Position numbers and translations under genes: made by a program
Source of the DNA: Thermoplasmata archaeon
Lineage (GTDB): Archaea; Thermoplasmatota; Poseidoniia; Poseidoniales; Thalassarchaeaceae
Length of the DNA stretch: 56,141 nucleotides
Assembly (NCBI GenBank): GCA_002727675.1
Contig: PBXQ01000057.1
Span: 1 to 56,141, forward strand
Direction of reading: 5' to 3'
Part shown: positions 47,195 to 53,288 of the stretch, piece by piece
Layout of the letters: every line of letters starts with the position of its first letter
Numbering within the stretch: position 1 is the stretch's first letter
The notes under the pieces: generated by a model
What the model saw: the letters and a program-made list of their open reading frames with translations, nothing else
The model's database searches: none
Told to the model about the DNA's origin: nothing

Positions 47195-49585
47195 ATGGAT
47201 AGAAGCCTAGCACGCACTCCAAGTCTAGTATTGTTTGGGATTATATTGTTATCATCGTTGACTTTTGCCTCTGCTGATACAGTAATTCGTTCTGAAAATG
47301 TAGATTTATTCCCGCAGGGTTCTTTTGATAACGCTACCGATTGGACTATGTCTACTCAATATGGTTTTACTACAACCGAATCGGCCCACTGGACAGAAGC
47401 AATGGTAACAGATGGCCATTTGTCGTTCACCCACTCTCGTCCTCAAAATATTGATGAAGACATTTCATGGGCTAGTAGTTCTCCAACAAATAGCAATTTA
47501 TCTTTAGGAATACCAGACGGTGGAATTACTTGGAGTAAGGGGCCTGAGATTCAGTTGTCAGGGTTTGATATGTCATCACATAGTGGTGAGTCATTACAAA
47601 ATGCTAGTTTACTAGTTTATTTTGCAATTCCAGAGACCCTTCAAGATGATGAGGTAAGAATAATTATTGAGTGGGGGGGTAATATTCAACCACTACAAAC
47701 ATTTGCCCATACTCAAAGCGCCATTAATCATATGCAAGGTAATCCCTACCAAATTTCTCTCGATTCACTGGATTCATGGACTTGGTCTAAATTGGAAAAT
47801 GCCCTCATTACAATAGATTACGTTTCAGTTAACGGTATTGATGACAGTGAGGTTCAAGTTGATGCTGTAGGGATGAAGGTAATTTACCAGTCTCATTGGT
47901 CTGGTTTGGATTCTGGAAAGGCCGTACATACTTCGCCATTAGTTATGGAACCTTTTCATGATTTTCAAATTTCAAGTGGCCAACATGATTCAATACAAAT
48001 TACTAGTTGTGGATTAGAATTAATTGGTGTCAATCCGGGTGGATGGGTGACAGAATCTGTAATGTTGCCATACGATCAAAGTTGGGGCAGAATTCATCTT
48101 TATGGAAATTCTAGTTCTCAAATACTCATTAAATCTAGCTCAGATGGAATTACTTGGTCTCAAGGTGTAATTTATTCAGATGGTGATTTAATTTCTGCTG
48201 CTGGTTTTATTCATGCAGATATTGCAATTTTCAGTGGTTGTATTTCTGGTTTAAGAATAGATTTTAATGACCCTACATTGAATGTAAATGGTCAAATTAC
48301 CGGAGAAAGTGCCGGTTTAGTTACTAACTATAGTTACCTAAGTTTCGCAATTGGTAATCAGTTAATACAAACTCATAATATAGAAGAAGGGGATTTCAAT
48401 TATTCATTACCAGTAGGTCGCTATTTACCTTCAAATGGTATTGATTTTGATATTGGAGTAGGGGCTAGATTCCAATGGTCTTCCCCCGGTTCTTCTGAAA
48501 CAATTGTAGCTCAAATAGATGAAATGACTTTGACGGGTGGGTTTGTGGTAGAATGGGATTTAGACCCAGTATGTGAAAGTCCCAGCGATGTAATGATTGA
48601 TGAAGATGGTGCCAGTAAAGTTGTTCCTTTGAGGTATTCATGTATTGATGATATTACTGAAACAAATGATTTGTTAGTTGAAGCAACATCAAACGATGAG
48701 ACATTGGTTTCAGTAGTTGTAGATGATGGGAGATTAATGATTAGTCAGTTGCCTGAGCAATCAGGTGTTACTAGCATCGATATTTTCACTACAGATGAAA
48801 GAGGAAACAAATGGTCTGATAGTATTATTGTAACTGTGATTCCAGTAAACGATCCACCTACTCACGATAACCTTCCTCTTGAAGTATTGGTGCCTTTAGG
48901 AGAGCCTGTGACAATTATTTTGGGTGTGTCTGATATAGATACTGATTTGGACAACATTTCCATATTAACTGACACTTCCTGGGCTACAATTGATGAAAAT
49001 AATAATCTATTTCTAAATCCTTTGTCACCCGGAACTTTTGATTTATCACTTACAATTAGTGATGGTAACAGTTTTATTACTAAATATATGACCATTTTAG
49101 TGACTTCAGATCCAGATTTAATTATTGAACAGATTGAATTCAACGAAGAAGAAGTTATAGTTGGGGAATTAGTTGAAATCAAAGTTTGGGTCCGAAATCA
49201 AGGACTAAGTTCGGCATCTTTAGTTTCAATTCGTTGCTATGATGGTCAGTTATTGGTTGATAGTGCTAATATTACTTATGTTGACCAAGGTGGTCTGTCA
49301 TCGACATCATGTTTTTGGCAATTACCAACTGAGGCTAAGAATTCAACATTTAGGGTTTTAGTAGATCCGACATTTGACATCTATGAGATTTCAGAAAATA
49401 ATAATGAATATACTACGACAATTAATATTTTACCATTAGAATTGATTGATGAAAGTAATGAATCAATAAATAATTCAGAGCCAATATTACCTATTGGGAC
49501 AATATGGGCATTGGCAGGATTGTTAGTAATGGCTGCAATAATAGCTATGCAATTGGGCCCGAGCAAAATAAGAAGAAATCAATAA
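47195..49585 (+). CDS. Large secreted surface protein with cadherin-like and CARDB-like domains and a C-terminal TM + basic tail
   Basis: Signal peptide; DEDG...PVNDPP cadherin-like motifs; DPDLII...VRNQG...VLVDPTFDIYEISENNN (CARDB); tail IWALAGLLVMAAIIAMQLGPSKIRRNQ. Confidence 0.85.
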   Translation: MDRSLARTPSLVLFGIILLSSLTFASADTVIRSENVDLFPQGSFDNATDWTMSTQYGFTTTESAHWTEAMVTDGHLSFTHSRPQNIDEDISWASSSPTNSNLSLGIPDGGITWSKGPEIQLSGFDMSSHSGESLQNASLLVYFAIPETLQDDEVRIIIEWGGNIQPLQTFAHTQSAINHMQGNPYQISLDSLDSWTWSKLENALITIDYVSVNGIDDSEVQVDAVGMKVIYQSHWSGLDSGKAVHTSPLVMEPFHDFQISSGQHDSIQITSCGLELIGVNPGGWVTESVMLPYDQSWGRIHLYGNSSSQILIKSSSDGITWSQGVIYSDGDLISAAGFIHADIAIFSGCISGLRIDFNDPTLNVNGQITGESAGLVTNYSYLSFAIGNQLIQTHNIEEGDFNYSLPVGRYLPSNGIDFDIGVGARFQWSSPGSSETIVAQIDEMTLTGGFVVEWDLDPVCESPSDVMIDEDGASKVVPLRYSCIDDITETNDLLVEATSNDETLVSVVVDDGRLMISQLPEQSGVTSIDIFTTDERGNKWSDSIIVTVIPVNDPPTHDNLPLEVLVPLGEPVTIILGVSDIDTDLDNISILTDTSWATIDENNNLFLNPLSPGTFDLSLTISDGNSFITKYMTILVTSDPDLIIEQIEFNEEEVIVGELVEIKVWVRNQGLSSASLVSIRCYDGQLLVDSANITYVDQGGLSSTSCFWQLPTEAKNSTFRVLVDPTFDIYEISENNNEYTTTINILPLELIDESNESINNSEPILPIGTIWALAGLLVMAAIIAMQLGPSKIRRNQ

Positions 49586-49729
49586 TTTAATTTCATCGGA
49601 TTGGATACTGAATGACCGCTGTAAAGACGGATAATCACTTATTTTCGGATAAATATTATAGGTGGGCCGCATCTAAAATTGATGCTTCTACAAAGTTAGC
49701 TGCGTCTAACTGGGGGTGGGAGTGGGGGA

Positions 49730-49801
49730 ATGCGAATGGGACGTTTGAAGATCCGCTTAGAAACTGAACAATGGATTTATGAAGAATATGAGATCAATTA
49801 A
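49730..49801 (+). CDS. Possible 23-aa small ORF (MRMGRLKIRLETEQWIYEEYEIN)
   Basis: Hand translation; preceded by G-rich GGGGGTGGGAGTGGGGGA and an upstream TATA-like ATAAATATTATA. Confidence 0.25.
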   Translation: MRMGRLKIRLETEQWIYEEYEIN

Positions 49802-49819
49802 TTATCAATAATAAATTGA

Positions 49820-50785
49820 TTACCATCTTTTCGGATATGTTTGAGGTGGCATTAGTACTAGGTTAGGCCTAGCAATTTCACCTCCAGTCATATTTTTCAC
49901 ATCATCACCATTAACACTCATGCTTGCTAGGCATACGATTTCATGCTTCATGGTGATAATTGCAACTTCATCTCCTCTTTTGACTCCTGGATTTAATCCT
50001 ACCACTCCGGGTCGTGCTAAAGGTGCGCCATGTGAAAGTGCGGCAGCAGCACCATCTTTAATACAAATTTTTGGTATATTTTCTAATAGCGTTTCTACTG
50101 GCTGAATAATTTTTTTCATTCCTTCTGCATTGTTATGATTTTTCCATAAATATATTGCATCAGACAATTGGTGCATAGTAATTGCATCATTCTCTGAAAA
50201 GGAACCAGATTTACCTCTTCTTAGTTCTATTAGTTCAACATCTCCGCCCAATAATAGGCCCAAGTCTCTAGCCAATGTTCTTACGTATGTACCTGCTTCA
50301 CAATCAATTGTACATAATAAAATCCTGTCATTTCTTTCAATAATATTGAATTCATTAATTGTTCTTTGTCTAACCTGGACTTTAACAGCTGATTCTATAG
50401 GGGGGACATTATGAATTCTCCCAGTGAGTTTAGATATGTTGTTTATTAAATCATCATCAGATATGTCTTTGGGTAATTTGAAAATACAATGATATGTTTT
50501 CTCGCCCTTAAGTATTCTTCCAGTTAGTCGCATAGCGCGACCAGAAAGGAGAATTAAACTACCAGTAGCAAATGGGTCCAAGGTTCCTCCATGTCCAAGT
50601 TTTTCAACACCTAACATTTCCCTTGCCCATGCTGCTAGTTGATGGCTACTTGGTCCGGCTGGCTTGTCAATAAGTATCCATCCACCGTCGAGAAGTTGTT
50701 CTATACTTCTGTCATTGGGACTACATCCATACTTAGGTTCAGAAATTGCTTCACTATCGAGTAATAACCAATTTGAATCAGTCAA
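49820..50785 (-). CDS. cbf5: H/ACA pseudouridine synthase Cbf5 (TruB family) with PUA domain
   Basis: IDKPAGPSSHQ, GHGGTLDPFATG, CEAGTYVRTL, ELRR, SHGAPLARPGV. Confidence 0.95.
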   Translation of the reverse strand: MTDSNWLLLDSEAISEPKYGCSPNDRSIEQLLDGGWILIDKPAGPSSHQLAAWAREMLGVEKLGHGGTLDPFATGSLILLSGRAMRLTGRILKGEKTYHCIFKLPKDISDDDLINNISKLTGRIHNVPPIESAVKVQVRQRTINEFNIIERNDRILLCTIDCEAGTYVRTLARDLGLLLGGDVELIELRRGKSGSFSENDAITMHQLSDAIYLWKNHNNAEGMKKIIQPVETLLENIPKICIKDGAAAALSHGAPLARPGVVGLNPGVKRGDEVAIITMKHEIVCLASMSVNGDDVKNMTGGEIARPNLVLMPPQTYPKRW

Positions 50786-50786
50786 A

Positions 50787-51329
50787 TCATAACCCCCTTC
50801 TATTTAATTCAGATAAAACGAGTTCAGCAACTTCGTTTGCTGCTAGTGAGTCGGTTTCAATTACTAGGTTATATGGTTCCATATCATCTAGGGAAATTTT
50901 GTAGAGTTTTTCGTATCTTAATTGATCACTATCCATTCTATCTTGAATTCTAGTAATTACGTCACTAATGGAGCCACCTTCTCGGTTTACTACTCTACGG
51001 GCTCTTTCTTCTAGCGTTACAGAAAGCCATAGACGAATACAATCAATGTTATTTTTGTATGCCCACCAACCACTTAATCGTGATTCTACTATTTCTGGGC
51101 CATCAATGGCAATCATAGATTCTAATAGTCTATCATCTAATGATTTATCTACTTCAGGCTCCGTTTCACAAAGTGCAGAAAAATCTTCTAATTTGACTCC
51201 TCTTTCATTGGCTAAAGTTCTGAAAACTTGCCCGCCATTTAGGCTAGTCCAATTCAAATGATTGCAAATTTTTTGAACTAAAGTGGTTGTACCACTGCCT
51301 GGATGACCACTCACCGTAAGGTGAACCAT
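50787..51329 (-). CDS. cmk: Cytidylate kinase (archaeal)
   Basis: TVSGHPGSGTTT, GQVFR, ESRLSGW, RARRVVNREG, RYEKLYKI; start taken at ATG 51329. Confidence 0.92.
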   Translation of the reverse strand: MVHLTVSGHPGSGTTTLVQKICNHLNWTSLNGGQVFRTLANERGVKLEDFSALCETEPEVDKSLDDRLLESMIAIDGPEIVESRLSGWWAYKNNIDCIRLWLSVTLEERARRVVNREGGSISDVITRIQDRMDSDQLRYEKLYKISLDDMEPYNLVIETDSLAANEVAELVLSELNRRGL

Positions 51330-51330
51330 T

Positions 51331-52248
51331 TCAACGCCTCCATACATTTCTGCAAATAACACACCTTAAGCGACCATCTGGGGCTCTTTCTACGTCTGTG
51401 GAATCACAATCTGGGCAAATCAAATTAGATTTTTGTTCTGTGCTTGTTCCAGTTAACTCTCCTGCCAAATCATCAATTTTTTCAATGATAGTGGCTCTTT
51501 TTCTTGGGCCATCTCTACTTCGCGATGTTCTCTTAGAACTTTTTGGATAATTATTAACTTCTTCTAATTCCTTAAGAAAAGGTTCTGGTAGGGTTTCTCC
51601 AGATATAACTAATGGGTGGTTTTGGTATCTGAATAGTTTGATATGTCTATCAACAACTCTACCTAAAGGTGCAGATGTGGTAATATAAGTTGCAATCCAT
51701 GCGGGGAAAAATAATACCTTGTCTTTCATCAAATTCCATTCAGGTTCCCATGGCAAACTTACATAATCTACTCTAAATGCTTCTACACTAACAGCCATCC
51801 AAGAAAATATGGCTATTATGAAAACAAAAGTAAACATCATTGGTTTCATCATTGAATTCTGTAATTTCATTTGTTCTGGCATTAATCTCTGTTGTAGTTT
51901 TTGGATTTTGTCCATCCTGGCACGGTCACGATCCATTCGTGCTTCTTGCAACATTTTCCTTATTTGCTTATTTCTGTGGGCAAGATGTGCTTGCTTCATT
52001 GGGTCCATAAAGAAAGAGCGAAAAACAGTATTGACAATCATTATAGAAGAACCAACAACTGTTACTGTAATTACAAACCATATATCAGAGAATGGGATTA
52101 GCGGAGTTAGAACTGAATCAGCGCCATTAGCTAATGAATTTCTAATTGAGGGGTTAATAATGAGTATTGACATCAATACTAGTAGTAGTAATGGAGTCAT
52201 CATAGAGCCCATTCCCGGTAAGGGCTCTTCTTGACCTCCATCTGACAT
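51331..52248 (-). CDS. DUF106 / EMC3-TMCO1 (Oxa1 superfamily) membrane insertase with C-terminal zinc-ribbon extension
   Basis: TM, coiled coil (KMLQEARM...QQRLMPEQMK), MKPMMFT, WIATYI; conserved position upstream of cmk; tail CPDC...CVIC. Confidence 0.85.
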   Translation of the reverse strand: MSDGGQEEPLPGMGSMMTPLLLLVLMSILIINPSIRNSLANGADSVLTPLIPFSDIWFVITVTVVGSSIMIVNTVFRSFFMDPMKQAHLAHRNKQIRKMLQEARMDRDRARMDKIQKLQQRLMPEQMKLQNSMMKPMMFTFVFIIAIFSWMAVSVEAFRVDYVSLPWEPEWNLMKDKVLFFPAWIATYITTSAPLGRVVDRHIKLFRYQNHPLVISGETLPEPFLKELEEVNNYPKSSKRTSRSRDGPRKRATIIEKIDDLAGELTGTSTEQKSNLICPDCDSTDVERAPDGRLRCVICRNVWRR

Positions 52249-52394
52249 AAACTGGGGGCACTACATTAATCGCATGAACCCTTCGGATATAATTTACCTG
52301 AATTGTCAATTATTTCATAATATTTTGTCATTTATAGAAATCATAAAGGCGGTAGGTTTGAGTTGTCTATCCTTTTGGAGGCATTTAGTTAGGT

Positions 52395-53288
52395 ATGACT
52401 AGTCCAGATGAAATATTGACTACGGTCCGAGATGCCATGTCCAAAGGTGACTTAGAATTAGCTGAAAAAACATTAAGAGAGGCTAGTAGTACATGGAAAA
52501 GAGAGCCTGAATTTGCAGTCAGGCATGCAAATGTATTAGTGAAAATGGGCAACCATCGCAATGCTCTAAAGGTATATCGTAAGGTAATGAAGCAGGTTCC
52601 TGAGAGATTAGATGCATGTATAGGTGCTGCTGAATGTGCCATTAAAGTTGGTAATGGTAAATTAGCAGAGAAGTTATTCAGTCGTGCTATTGGATTGGGG
52701 ATGAGTTTGGATCTGGCAACGGCTGGAATTTCACGTTCATTAATTATTCGTTCACGACATCATCAGGCTTGGGAAAAAGCCCTAGCACAGTTTGTTTCAA
52801 CAGAAAATAAATCTAAAGAATTACATAAGTTATTACAAGAGATTTCTCCCCAAGTAGGTTCTAGTGTCCCTGCGCTAAATCAGTTTGATTCTGCAGAGAT
52901 TGATGATTTTGATTCTAATATACGGGGAGGTGTTGATGATCCTAGGTTATCAGATAACAACTTTGATGCTGGTTCTATAGAAGCAATGGCAGGGGTTGAT
53001 AGGGAAACATTACTTAATCAACATGAAATGTTGGGTGATGACTTACTTTCCGATTCATCGGGTGATTTTGGGATTACTAATTTAGGAATTGATCTTTCGG
53101 CAGTAAATCAAGATTTGATTGGTACAGATGATTTGCAAAGTTCTGAAGCACAAAAAATAGATCATATCAAGGATGTAGTTACTGAAACAATTGCCAACGA
53201 TGAGATAGAGGTGGAAAATTCAATTGGGAAATCTAGTAACAATGAGTATAGTGATGATCCATTTGATGATTGGCCTGAGTTTGATTGA
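52395..53288 (+). CDS. TPR-repeat protein with a long acidic tail ending DDPFDDWPEFD
   Basis: TPR-like A..G...A...Y/F..A patterns across the first ~130 aa; D/E-rich C-terminal half. Confidence 0.82.
   Translation: MTSPDEILTTVRDAMSKGDLELAEKTLREASSTWKREPEFAVRHANVLVKMGNHRNALKVYRKVMKQVPERLDACIGAAECAIKVGNGKLAEKLFSRAIGLGMSLDLATAGISRSLIIRSRHHQAWEKALAQFVSTENKSKELHKLLQEISPQVGSSVPALNQFDSAEIDDFDSNIRGGVDDPRLSDNNFDAGSIEAMAGVDRETLLNQHEMLGDDLLSDSSGDFGITNLGIDLSAVNQDLIGTDDLQSSEAQKIDHIKDVVTETIANDEIEVENSIGKSSNNEYSDDPFDDWPEFD

Noticed and set aside
50787-51329. Cmk P-loop GSGTTT lacking the usual Lys
   Set aside because: This variant is common in archaeal cytidylate kinases and is not evidence of inactivation
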